This document shows positions 45,201-58,097 of a stretch of 64,000 bases of DNA, piece by piece; positions within the stretch are counted from its first letter, which is position 1, and each line of letters begins with the position of its first letter. The DNA comes from Mantamonas sphyraenae STR306 (Eukaryota; Protista; CRuMs), in NCBI GenBank assembly GCA_026936335.1, contig JAPMXV010000046.1, positions 1 through 64,000 of the forward strand, given 5' to 3'. The notes under the pieces are model-generated. The model searched no databases. It saw nothing but the letters and a program-made list of their open reading frames with translations, and was not told the origin of the DNA. A program made the translations under genes and the position numbers.

Positions 45201-48200
45201 TGCACGGCGTTGCCCTTAGCATTGCCAAGCAGAGCCAGGAGGGCGTGGACCTCACCTGCGGTGAGCTCAAACGTAAGCGCGGATGCCCCAACTTGTTCGG
45301 CCACACGCACCGAGCTCAGTGGCACTGTCACAGCCTCCACGTGCACACTTCCATACTTGGCCACCGTGCACATACCCTCCTGAGCCATCATCTCCACAAT
45401 CAGACCCAGTCGTTGCCCGCCATCCATGCGTACAGCCGCTCCCAGCCGCAGCACTTCGTGATGTCCTCCCAGCACGGCCAAGGCACCCAGCTGCCTTGCT
45501 ACAATCTCGCTCGACCCACCATGATCATCCATACCTCCCAAGTACCTGTGCAGCGTCTCATCCACAAGCACACGCCATTCGGACGCCGGGCCGTCCTGCA
45601 ACAGTCGTCGTACGGTTGCCACCAGATCGCACGCAAGCGCAACACGCTCCGCGCCATTGTGCATCATGGGTGTTTGCGGCGTTTCAGACGCACTCATCGG
45701 TGCAGAGGCTTCCCCAATGCGCTCCAGCATCCATGTCACGATCGGTGTATCGATTCCGCATGCATCCAGGGCCTGCTGAGCTTGATCCACGTCCACAACA
45801 CGCAATACATCACCCAACACACGCAACGCGACGTGTTTGTCCACGTGAGCGATGCGGTTGCTGACCACAACGCGCACCACCAGCTCCAGGTGCTTTGCAC
45901 TCGTCACGAGCTTCGCACCCTCGGGCGTGCACGTGCACTGGCGCATCATGCTCAGGGCACTCCAAAGCCTGTCCAAATCCACGGGTTCGTCCCGCATTTC
46001 ATCTCCCACAGCAAACGGGCTTTCCTCAACGATGCTCTTTGCCAACGCGACCACGTCCGACTTGCTCATGCCCTCATCTTTGTGGCGCCGCATTTCCACG
46101 TCGTATACCATGCCAACAAAACCGGCCGCCACCTCGGGTGAAGACGTGTCTGAGAATGGGTCCACACGTGTCCCCACGTACAATGGTGCCTCTTGGCGCT
46201 CCAACCGCCTGGCCTCCACCGCCTGCGCACCCGGTTTTGACTTTTTGATGCGCTTCTTCTTGTGTGAGCGACCGTTTACACACACATGCAGACTTTCTCC
46301 CAGCAACACGCACACGTGGTTGAACTTTTGTGCGGTCACGCACGTCAAGGCCACCGAAACGCTGCCGAAACTGACCGCCAGTGAGCTGCCCTCCAGTGTG
46401 ACCTGCAACAAGCGGGCCTTCTGGTGGGGAAGCCCCAAACTGAGCACATGTCCTTCGTGTCCGCTCCCATGTCCCGTTCCGCCCGCAGCCAGCCAGAAAG
46501 AGATCAACACGCCACGTGTGCCGTGGCGATCCGCGACACCCATTGCACCGGGGATTACACGGCCCAGATTCTGGCTGCAAGCCACCGAACCAGCCACCAG
46601 TTTCTGATTCACAGCATCACCTCGTTCGTCCGTGGTGGTGGTCGTGACATTCGCCACATCGGTACCCGTCTGGGTTTCGTCGCCGTCTCTGTCTCCAAGC
46701 GCCTTACATGCTTGCTTGAATGCCAGGTCAAACAGGCCGTGCTGCAGTTTGTTCAATTGGACACGGTCCACGTCATCCTTGCTGTACCTATGGGTTGTCT
46801 CGCCGTCCAGGGTGGTGGCCGCCGGCGACCACCCGCGCAGCGACTCCAACAGCAGGTACTTGTGCAGCGTCTCGACTTGCAGACGCATGGCGCTGCGCGG
46901 CTCCTGTGAGTCTTCGGACGAATCCAGCAGCTCCAACAACATGTTGACAATGCCCGCGTCATACAGAGCGTCCTTGTCTTCAGCAAGCATTGTTACCACG
47001 CACTCATTCAAAACCATGGCCAGCACGCGCTTGCTGTTCTGCACAGCCACACTCGAAGACTCGTACTTTCGAGTATCTTGATATTGCCGTTGTGCCAGGC
47101 GCACGATCTGACGCATGTAGGCCAGCCACGCGTTCTTGAGTTCACTTGCAATGCGTACGCCACACAACCTCGCCTCGTGCAGGTAGTGCATACGTTGACC
47201 CTTGTCGTTGCAAAGCCTTTGCAGTGCACTCATCAGCGCCTGAAGTTCGGCCTGTTCGCCGAAGCGTTCGTCCTGCATGAGCAGCTGCAACAATTCAGTC
47301 AATTGAGCGTAGCTACGACTGCGATGCAGGGCACGCATCTGAGCTGCACGCACCAACTTGCCCACCTCGTTGGGTGTGACGTCGAAATCCAGGGCAAACG
47401 CGGCCACCAGCTTGCTCGGTGCGTTGTCCTCCTTGGTCATGCGTTTCTGTGCCAACAGAGCCTCCTTGCGCGCGGCCAGCAGGTCTTTCAGCACGGATAC
47501 GCTGCTCAGACCTGCACGCACCTTTGACCACGACGCACTGCTCGTTGACGAGGCACTATCAGGCCGATCGTCCACATCATCCACGTATGCCTGCGGCCCA
47601 TTCGCCTCTGCCTGATGACTCGTGCTTGAGCTGCTACCGCTGCTGGTTGCAGACGTAGCTTCGGACACTGTGCGAGCGAAGGATTTGGTGATGAGCAGGT
47701 TGGATGGCGTGTCGCTTGACGGGGCAAACATATGCAGAAACTGAACGCGCTCGAGCACTGAGTAGACCAGCGCTTCAGCGGATAATCCGTCCTCGTTCTT
47801 TTTGCGTTCCTCGTTCAACTGCTTTCCCATCCCAGAAACAACAGACACACTGCTTGTCCACAGGGTAAGAACGGCAGCCCAGCCGTCTTCGTTGTCGTCC
47901 GCCAAATCTGTCGCGCCACCAGCGACCGCTGCGTCGAGGGCCATGGCCGTGTGCATCATGTTCTCCATTTTGAGCATACATGCAAACACAGTGCGCACGG
48001 CACACTCGACATCGTTGCTCAAAGCTCGCAAAGCCGCGCCTGTACGGCGCAGTGTCTTGGCGACGCTCTTGCGCTCCTCCAACAGCCGCAACAAGGCCAC
48101 GTCATTGCCATCCACAATGGCTGCACTGAAGGTCTCAATCTCTACAATCGACGACACCGAGCGATTGAGGAGCGGAGAAGCGCGTGCCTTGGCACCCAGA

Positions 48201-51200
48201 GCACTTCGCCCCTTTCCGGCATCTGCCGATGGCCCTTGCACGTCCTCCAGCGAGATATCCATGGCCGGTTCTTCGTAGCCACCAGAAAACAAGCTGTTTT
48301 CAAGATATCGGTGCAGTTTGATCTCCAGCGCGTTGCGTGCTGGACCGCGCACACCTTGAGCCATGCACATTCCAGCAAACGAGGCACACATCGACGCAAA
48401 CGTCGACACAATCTCCACCTCCTTGGCCAGGTACATGTCTACGAGAACCAACGAGACAGTGACGGCAGCCGAGCCTTCCAAACGCACCAACCCATCCTTG
48501 CCCACAACCACCAGCCTGTCGACTCCCTGCACGTTGGTCGACATACCGTTCGCATGAACAGTGATCATCACTTCTGGTGTGTTCACCTTTGCCTCTTCCT
48601 CCTCGTCAACCTCGATCGTTTCCACTTCATCGTCAAATGTCTCGGTTTCCTCGTCCTCGTCCGCATCTTCGTCCTCCTCCTCCTCATCATCATTTTCGTC
48701 CTCCTCCTCATCATCATCATCCTCGTCCTCATCATCCTCGTCCTCGGATTCATCTTCTTCCTCATCCTCGTCATCATCCTCGTCCTCCATCCAGGTCTCT
48801 TCCACTACGTCCACATCCACATCATCATCCGACATTTCGCTGGCTGATGACGATGACGAGTTGCTTTCTGATGATTCGCCCTCGTCCTCCTTCTCATCCT
48901 CCTCAAGTTCCTCGTGCTCCTCGTCGATGTCGTCGTCCTGCTCCTCGTCTGAGCTGCCATCGCTTTCGTGGTCGCTCGTGGCGGATGTGGAGTCGTGATC
49001 GCTCTTTGCAGGGGCCACCGTCACGCGAAGTGTCTTTGCGTACGGAAGAAACAGAACGCGTGCGCTGGTCTCCTCTTCTGGAAGCAGCGTGATCTGCGGC
49101 AGCTCGAGGGCAGACTGGTAGGCAGGGAGCCCCCGCGGGAGGTGCTTTGTGACGAGGCTGACGTTCCGCACCAAAGTGCACGCAGCATCGCGCAGAGGCG
49201 AAAGAATCTGCGCTTGCGACGTTGGCAACGACATCAGACTCTGAAGCAGAAGCGCACCCAATTGTGGCAACCAGCTGCGTGCCAGTAGACAAAGCACCTT
49301 GTGTTGCATAACGTCCTCAGGACCCTGAGATGGCAACAGAGTCACCTCTGTCGATTCTGCCACAGCCGGTGAAAGGCTGTTTTCGCCGCCGCTGCTCTCA
49401 TGAGCGTCTTGCACCATCTGCAGCGTGTCGTTTGCCATGCTCAGGACCGCCTTGGCAACCACGGCGGCCACTTCTTGCAACACTTGCAAGTGGGACGTGC
49501 TCGAATTCTTTCCTTCTTCCTCATCGCTTGCGTCTGGATTGGATTGGCTGGCTCGCTGCAGTCCTCCGATGAGCTGAGTCAGGGCTGCAAACAGCATCCG
49601 CTGAGACTCGCTCTCGCTTTGACGCACAAAGGCGAGCGAGTCTGCCTCGCGCATTTCCATGTTGGAGTCCACGTACGCTTCAGTCTCTTCCATCAAAGTG
49701 GCTGTGACACATGCAAGGAAGCGATCAATACTGGACACGGCGTCCACGGACTCCAGGTCTGCCAGAAGAGTGTGCCAAAGCTCGGTAGTGCGCAGCCGCT
49801 GCGACAGCGAGCGAAACAGCAACGTTTCACCCGCATCCAGCTTGTTTGCGTTCTCCACACACTCTACAAACTGATCCAACTGCTCGGGAATGCTCGCAAA
49901 GAAGACAGCCGGCAGAGCGCACATACACTGCACTGCCTGCAGGCGCACCGCTTCCACAGCGTCCAGTCTGCTTTCGAACCTCTCGATTTGGACAAAGGCC
50001 GGGTCGTGTTTGCGCAGGTCGTGCACCGTCTTTGTCAGCGCCTGCTGCAGATCTTGTGGGATGTGTGTGTGCTTCCGCTGGGCCATGCTCAGACTGCCCG
50101 AGAGCATGCGCAGCGAGGCCACAAGCATGTACACAAGGGTCATGAATCGCTGCGAGGATATCTGCTCCAGAGAGTGTGGATCTGCGTAGAACACAGCCAC
50201 GGCGTGCTCGTTGACCACCTCGTTCAGCAGAGCGATCCCCGCTGCCGAATGGTCGGTCCAGCCTGTTCCAGCGACCTGGTTTACATCCAGTGCCTGCTCG
50301 TCCTTTTTGATGAGCTGGTTGCGCGCGTCGTTCACGTCAAAGCCACCGCTCAAACGGTCCAGCTCTGCGAAAAGCCGTACGCTGATGTCCAGACCGGAAG
50401 GAGCGGCGACAGCAACAGGAGTGCTGCTAGAACTAGAACTGCTGCTGGAATAGCTGTTGCTGTCGCCGGAACGCATGTGGATCGTCGACGCGGACGTTTG
50501 TGCCTCGGGAATAAACAGAGCACATCCGGCAACAGAGCCAACTTCTCCGTGTTGGGGCATGGACAAGTTGGCGTGTTGCTGAAAGTGGAGCTGTTCGTCG
50601 CGCTCTTGGTGGCACCAAACGGTGTTGCGGGTGGCATCGTAGCAAAACGTACTGGATTTGTCCGTTTTCACCACTTGCTGGAAGCACAGCCTGCCCGAGT
50701 CGAGATCAAACAGGGAAACGATCTCCGAGTTGCTTGAGAGTTTGCCAATGCGACTGCGTACGAGCTCATCATGACGCTCAACCGGCAGCACCAGCGCCAG
50801 GTGGTGTCCGTTTGTAAAAGTGCGCGCTTGGCCAGTCAGGTCTTCGTTGTGCATGATGGACAACGTGTCAGCGACGTCTACATCATCCACACATGTGACG
50901 AGAATACCGTTGACAAACGCGCAGTTGGCTTTGCTGACGTGCGATGCACTGACGCGCACCTCGAGTGAGAGACCGGGACTGCTGCGCACCTGCACCGGAA
51001 ACTGGATGTCCACCGCGCTGTGAAGCGAGCGAGCCACGTCATACACGTCAAAGGAACTGGCCACCAACCTGCCGTTGGCATACACGTCCAGCGGCACGTT
51101 GTACTTCTCCTCTGCGCTGACTCCTTGGAACTGGCTGAATTTGAGTGTGACGACGTAGCAGCCTGGTGCCAGCGGCAGTTCGTAGCGCAGTGGCTGGTTG

Positions 51201-53037
51201 GCGTAGCGGTAGCTTGCGTACAAGTCAGAATCTCGCGTTTCGTCGACTTTGCCCAAGTACTTGGCGGAGAAGGAGCTGTTGAAGTAGTCGTCAGCTTGGT
51301 ACTGGATACCCTCCTGCGAGAGGTAGGTCAGACCCCCGCAGTTGATGGCCAGGCTGATGGAGCCCGTGAGGTTGTGCTTGGAGTCACGGGGCTTTGGCAT
51401 TCCGAGGAGAGGGACCACGCGCGTGAGTTCCATCTCCTTGTCCGTATCAAAGGCGCGCACGAAAAAGCCGTCCTCTTCGGTGCCAGTGACCTCGTAGAGG
51501 AAGCGGCCGTGCGATGTGACGGGCTTGCACTTCTTCGCTGGAGCCTCGTCCTCAACCAGCTGCTTCGGCTTGGAGACCGCCTGCAGATTCTGGCGGTTGA
51601 TGCTGACGAAGCCTGCATGGGTGCCAAAGAACAGAGTTGCGCCCACAAAGCAAAGCCAACCGTCGCCAGGTTGTCCAACCTCGTCCTGGAAGGTGGCGTT
51701 GTGGCTGTACACTTTGCCTGCTGTGGTCTGGGTGCCCGGGTAGCCCGTGCCAACTTTGAGGAGTCCAAACTTGGCGGCATGAACATACAGATGACGCCCA
51801 TCGCATGCGATGGCCACCTTTTGGTCCTTGAGACTCTGTTCGGCGCCGACGGCAAAGTCGACGGGGAATGATTGGACGAGGAGAGACGAGCCAGCAAGGG
51901 AGAGCAGGCGCAGGTTGGCTGGCATGGCAGCCAGGCGAGCCACTGCGGGGGACAGGTCCAAGGCTTTGTCGTTGAGAGGCTCACGAGCGAGGAGCTGGAC
52001 AAGGCGTATGAGGTTGGTCATGGAGCGGCGGGCGACGGCGAGGTCGAGGAGCAAGACAAGAAGGGTCTGGACGTACTGTGTCCATTGGGAGGCCGAGACA
52101 GAGATGTCTGCGTCCGGTATGTTGGCTGTGATTGTCAATTGTGCAAGGAGGGCGTCAAAAAGCTGGTCGAGGGCCGTGGCGATGAACGGCGGGAGACCGA
52201 GCTTGGAGGTTGTGATCAACGAGAGGGTGTCTTGGACGACGTCGAGAACCTGCTGCATGCTGGCCGTGTTCTCCACGCCCAGAGTGCCGAGCATGATCAT
52301 GGCCACGCGGATGGAGGCCTTTGCGAGTTCAGCCATGGGGTCGACTGTGCCCTGTGCGCTTGCGGCCTGTTTGTTTGCCTCCTGGCGCTTGTGCGTTTGA
52401 GCCAAGGCCAGCGATCGATAGTGGGCGACATGCACTCTGCGCACTGTATCCAGACGTTTGCGAAGCGAAGTCACCGCAGCTTCAGCCATCTTTGGTGGGA
52501 GGGCGAGGGAGTCAGGTCAGGTCAGAATTCCAATTGTGTGTGCATCTGGCTCCTACGTGTGCCCGGCTGGGTTGGTGCGTGCCTGCAACCACGAAGAACC
52601 TACAGCAGCGCGCGATGTGTTGGAAAGCAAGGATGTTCGCAGGATCTGCAGTTCGTCAACATCGTCTATGGCCAAGGCGTCGAGGAGCCGCTGCTTCGGC
52701 TCAGCCGCAATTTGCTTGTCAACGTTGTCTGCGGCCTGTTGCCAAGCTGACACGTTGTGAAAAGACACGAATGAGGCGTGAGTATGGTGTGTGTGTGTGT
52801 GTGAGTGTAGGTGTGTGGAGGGTGGGCATAGACTAGACACGTACTGTTTGGGCTCTCAAAAGTCGGGTCTAGCGCAGGCGCACTTGAGTCAACGTGGCCA
52901 GCCAGTTCCCAAGCGCCCAACGGCTGGTTGATCCACACACTGTCGCTTTGCTGTGTGGCCTTGACGTCCGACGCAAGAAAGTCCACAACTTGACCTGGAC
53001 GATCAAAGTACTCCGTTTGGATCGGCGTCAACGACAT
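37809..53037 (-). CDS. Giant HECT E3 ubiquitin ligase (~5000 aa) with malectin, LamG-like, SPRY and Zn-finger-like modules
   Basis: Two short 5' exons from ATG 53037, main ORF 52489-39170, frame break near 39185, HECT ORF 39182-37809 (F.GE.S.D.GGPYRE; LPEAHTCYFTLDLPEYS). Confidence 0.92.
39217..39278. repeat. (GATGAC)n coding microsatellite encoding poly-Ser on the minus strand
   Basis: Directly visible. Confidence 0.95.
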
Positions 53038-53145
53038 TTCGGTGGGTTTGGCAGCGCCAACAGGTGGAATGGAGCAAGGTGCATGTCTCTGAGAGAGGAA
53101 TGTGGAGAGAGGGAGAGTGTGTGTGCTAGTTCTGTCTTCAAATGC

Positions 53146-53857
53146 TCATCGACGTCCACCCTTGCCACGGCCTCGGCCACGACGGTTGTCGTTCTTGTTG
53201 CCGCCTCCAATGCGGCCGCGACCCCTTCCACGTCCACGGTTCTTGTTGTCAGAGCTGCGCTTGTGGTCTACCTCCTTTTGCACCTTGTCGACGACCTCGT
53301 CCGGAATGCAGAGGTACTTGATGGTGTTGCCGCGAATGTAGCACTCGGGAAGCTTCCAGAATTTGTCTCCACCCTGCGTGGATGGATGTAGGTAGGGGAT
53401 GTGCAGTGTCAGTGGTGCTCGGCGGCGAACAACGGCTTGCAGACATGGAAACAGCGGCGCTAGGGACCAACTTCCGCCGACTCGCGCGGCACGCGGGACG
53501 TTGTCCCTCTTTTCGTCCTCACCTTGGACGTGCAGATCACCTCGCTCAAGTTGATGTTCATCCAGCTGTCGCAGTTCACCAGCATTCCGTTGTACGTCTC
53601 GCCGTTCTTCAGTTCGACCAGCTGTGTGTGTGGGGTTAGCGTCGATCCAGCCCGCAGCCACCGCTCGCGACGTTCCGGCCGTCCACTTACCATGCCATGG
53701 CCTTGGGCAGCGCGCAGCAGCGACAAAGGGAGCTGTGGGGAGACATAGGAGGCGTACATGGTGTGAGGTTTGGCGCAAGGGTGAGCATGCGTGAGTGCAG
53801 CCACGCTGCGGGATGGTGCCTCGGCTTTCGTCGAAAGCACTCGCTTCCACGCACCAT
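53146..53857 (-). CDS. LSM4: U6 snRNA-associated Sm-like protein LSm4
   Basis: ATG-only first exon (53857-53855, then GTGCGT), [38 protein letters not shown]-repeat tail; three introns. Confidence 0.96.
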
Positions 53858-53984
53858 TTTCCAGTGCCTTGCCGTTCGCACCCCTGTGTGTCACTGCACA
53901 CCTGCCACGTTGGAATCCACACAGGACAAAGTCTCTACACACAGGAACAGCCGATTGAACATGGTTTTATGGATCGTGCCCGCT

Positions 53985-54749
53985 TCAGAAGCCATCAGCA
54001 CCCACCCGGTCTCGAGGAATCAGCCGCAGCTCCGAGCCGTACTTCAGAAACACGGATGCAGCATCTGTTTTCGGGTTGATACCCACGCCATCTGTATGGG
54101 ACAGTTTGTACATATGTGCCAACGCCCCGTGTCTCTCTGTGTCAGCGTCTCACAACCTCTCGACGGGCTGCGACGTGGCCATTGGCCACGTGCAACTTCG
54201 CCTTTCCTTCTCCCTTGCGTGTGTGTGTGCGGACGGTCAATCCCATTTCCGTCCCCCTTTTGCAGACACAATGTCCTAGGCAGCCTTTGGAAGCACTCAA
54301 CGTACCGTTTGTGATCACAGCAGAGGTGGACGAGTCGACGTCAAACTGCGTCCGCGTTGAGAACAAACACGCCCCCCGGACAGACCCACGACCAGGACCA
54401 TGTCAGCGTCAACACCGCTGTGTACAACACACTCGTTCACGTTTCGTGCTCTTCCATCGCTGCATCCAACCCACCTCCTCGGCCACAAACTTGATCACCT
54501 GTGTAAACGGCGTCTCCTCAGGCACGCTCACACTGAACCCCACCCTTCCGAGTTAGTTCTGCCTCTTTTGCTCCCGCCTTCGCCACGCGCTCTCCTGTTC
54601 CACACACACACACACACACCCTGTCGTCCCTGCAAGCGGAAGCACACCATTTGGTCCCGTCTCCTCACCCGCAAAACCTACACGCGGTACGGCAACTTTG
54701 GGTCGCTGGTGAGCGTGATCTTGAACGTCACTTTCTGGCTCGTGCTCAT
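53985..54749 (-). CDS. UFM1: Ubiquitin-fold modifier 1 (four exons; absent from the ORF track as a whole)
   Basis: Spliced: [62 protein letters not shown]...[22 protein letters not shown]. Confidence 0.96.
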
Positions 54750-54875
54750 TCTTCTGCGCAAAAAGCACACACAAACACGCGTGTCATACAGAGTTAGATG
54801 CCATGCTTTCCCCATTTCCTTTCCTCACTCTTCGTCCCGTTGTGAACCAACCAAACAACGACGGGGTGATTTCCA

Positions 54876-56549
54876 ATGGGTGGGTCATCGCAATCCAAGC
54901 TCGAGAAAGCCCTCGGAGATGATACCACCGGCACCGAGAAGTTCTTTGGCTACGAAAATGTGTGTTTCTCACGCCTGGGTTGCCCTTTGTGGTGCCATTT
55001 CCGCCTCTCCCGGTTTCCCACTCGCCTTCCAAGCTCTGCTGCACATGCGCGTCCTTACAGGTCTTCTTCCACTGTCCATCTTGTTTTTATCTCATCCCCC
55101 TCTCTTTCTGCCTTCCACTCACCTCATCGCGACGTGCGACCCCTTCGTGGACGACCAGTTTGGAAACACCTGCTACTGCAACTCCGTCCTTCAGTCACTC
55201 TACTTCTGCGACGGCTTCCGCGAACATCTCATCGAGTACTACCATGCAAACAAATCCAGTGACAAGCGTACGTTGTCCTTGCCTCTCCTCCACACGTTTA
55301 CCCGACTCTGCTCGGTCCTCAGCAAAGCCGCTCACGCGTCCGACCCCTCCCACTCGCAGTACAAGTCGATGACGAAGAATACACCTTGCTCGCTGCCATG
55401 GCCGAGCTCTTTGCCAACGTGGCCTCACAAAAGAAGCGCTCAGGCAGCCTGGCACCGCGGAACTTCATCCAAAAGCTGCGCTACGACAATGGTTCGTCTC
55501 CACCACGCCTCCGCACGTTTCCCGTCCTCTGCCCGCCAACGCGCTCACCGCCCACTCCTCCTGCACACAGAAATCTACCGCAGCACAATGCATCAGGACG
55601 CCCACGAGTTTCTCAACTACACACTCAACAGCATGGCCGAGCAGCTCGAGCGAGAGAACGAAGCCGCTGAGGCAAGCAACGAATCGGCTTCCCGTTCCTC
55701 CACATCTCGTCTGGGCAAGCTCAAGCGGCTCAAATCCTCCTCAAACAAGGCATCTACCTCCACATCCTCCGACTCCACCGTCTCCAGCAGCACCAGCACC
55801 GACAGCTCACACAAAACATGGATTCACGAACAGTTTGCAGGCGTCCTCACAAACGAAACCATCTGCCTGGGCTGTGAAAGCGTATGTGCTCATCCTTTTT
55901 GCATGCCATGTGTCCTTCCACCCTTTCCTGGCCCTCGTCTCACACCGCCTGCACCGCCTACACCCCCGGCCCCGTCCATCCCATTCCCGTAGCGCACGGA
56001 ACGCGAGGAGAATTTCCTCGATCTCAGTATTGATGTGGAGAAGAACAGCAGTGTAACGGCCTGCCTTCGCAAGTTTTCATCCACAGAAACGCTCAAAAGC
56101 GAGGAGAAGTTTCACTGCGACACCTGCAACAGCTTGCAGGAAGCAGACAAGCGCATGCGCATCAAGAAATTGCCAAAGGTCCTTGCCTTGCATCTGAAGC
56201 GCTTCAAGTACAGCGAAGAGCTGAATCGCATGAAGAAGCTCAACTGCCGTGTGGTGTTTCCTTTTGACCTGCGCCTGCCCAATGTTACCGACGACCTGGA
56301 CGACGTCCTGTACAAACTCAAGTCCGTGGTGGTGCACATTGGCAGTGGCATCTACCAGGGCCACTACATCTGCCTTGTCAACTCGAACGGCCGTTGGGTG
56401 CTCTTTGACGACGACGAGGTCGACCTCCTCGACGAAGACCGCGTCCCCTTGTTCTACGGTAGCACTCACGACACAGCACAATCCACCGAAGCTGGCTACC
56501 TGCTTTTCTATGCCCGTGAAGAGGAAGACGAGGAGGAGGCTTGGGTTGA
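54876..56549 (+). CDS. Ubiquitin-specific protease USP12/USP46 family; stop codon uncertain
   Basis: MG...SKLEK, EN/FGNTCYCNSVLQ, HQDAHEFLN, LHLKRFKY, GHY, GYLLFY. Five exons; no in-frame stop before the next gene. Confidence 0.92.
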
Positions 56550-56625
56550 ACAAACGTTCGTCGCGCTCCCACGACAACCCCCATCCAAAACTTGCTTTCT
56601 TCTCTCTCCCGCCACCCAATTTCAC

Positions 56626-58024
56626 ATGAGCAACAGCAGCAGTACCACTAGCAGCGAGCCCATCCATCTCTGGCTCAGAGCGGAAACAAAGGCGAACGAG
56701 CGCCGCACGCCGCTGACTCCAGAAAACGCCAGGCGTCTGGTGGAGGCAGGGTTCCAACTGTCTGTCGAACGCAGCACTGAGCGTCCCTCAGCCTATTCGG
56801 ACGAGGCATACGAGGCAGCCGGGTGCACACTTGTCGACTCGCTTTCCTGGCACACCGCTCCGGCTGACGCCATCATTCTGGGCTTGAAGGAACTGCCTGA
56901 GGTCGACGAAGACGACGAGCAGTTTGCATTGACGCACACCCACATCTTCTTTTGCCACTGCTTCAAGGAGCAGGACGGGTGGCAAAAGGCCATGCGCCGC
57001 TTCGTCGATGGCAACGGACTCCTCTACGACCTGGAATTCCTGACGCACGAAAACGGAAGGCGTGTGGCTGCGTTTGGCCGCGCGGCTGGCTTTGCAGGCG
57101 CTGCGCTCAGTCTTAAGGTATGTTGGACCGCGCAACCACCGAAAACAAGAGCCTCCGAAATCGATTCGTCGGGAATCCTTCCACGTTCCCGCGAACCACT
57201 GACCCCGTGTGCATCTACTCGCCCTCGTCCACCGGCCTCCTGATCCCCATTGCCCATGTCCCCTATTGAATGGCGCGCGTTGCACTGTCAACCAACAGTA
57301 CTGGTGCGTGAACGAGCTCGCTCGCCTCGAAGCGGACTCGGTGCCCGCCGTCAACACGATGGGCGCAGCCAGCGCGTACGACGACCAGCAGCAGCTGGTC
57401 GACGAGCTGAAGGAACTTCTGGACCAAGTGGCCCAGGCACGCAAGGAGCGAGGCATGGACATCGTCAAGCCGTCTGTGATGATCATGGGAGCGCGCGGAC
57501 GCTGCGGTTCCGGGGCGCGCGATCTTTGCACCCTTGTGGGGCTGGGTGACGACGACGTCGTTGCCTGGGATATGGAGGAAACCAAGCAAGGTGGTCCATT
57601 CCCTCAGATTTTGGAGTCCAATGTGTTCATCAACGCCATCTACCTGCAGAACAAGATCCCGCCCTTCCTCGACAACGAGACCGTGCTGGACAACCAGGAC
57701 TCGCGCAAGCTGTCCATCATCTGCGATGTCTCCTGCGACACAACGAATCCCAACAATCCGCTGCCCTTTGCCAACGTCGGCACCACCTTTGACGAACCGG
57801 CAAACCGTGTCCAGGCCCTGTCCACAGACACACTCGAGTTTGACGTCATTTCTATCGATCACCTGCCCTCCCTGCTCCCTCTGGAGAGCAGCAATGACTA
57901 CAGCGACCAGCTCATCGACCACCTCCTCGACCTCCCCTCCGACCCCAATGGCGTGTGGCAGCGAGCCAAGGACAAGTTTGACACCGTGGCATCCACCCTC
58001 CCCGCCCAAGCCGACGCAGAATGA
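56626..58024 (+). CDS. LYS1: Saccharopine dehydrogenase (NAD+, L-lysine-forming), Lys1-type
   Basis: HLWLRAETK..ERR.PLTP, GLKELP, HCFKEQ.GW, LYDLEFL, GRRVAAFG, GA.GRCG.GA, DVSCDTTNP.NP, IDHLPSLLP.ESS. Intron 57118-57298. Confidence 0.95.
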
Positions 58025-58097
58025 TTCTCCAGCTGGGCCAACATCCAATGGACATCACATGTCCATTCCTTCCCTGCAACTACTCATCGACTCATCG

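Noticed and set aside
52490-52610. Second GC-AG intron in the HECT gene
   Set aside because: An in-phase canonical GTAGGT donor is available just upstream.
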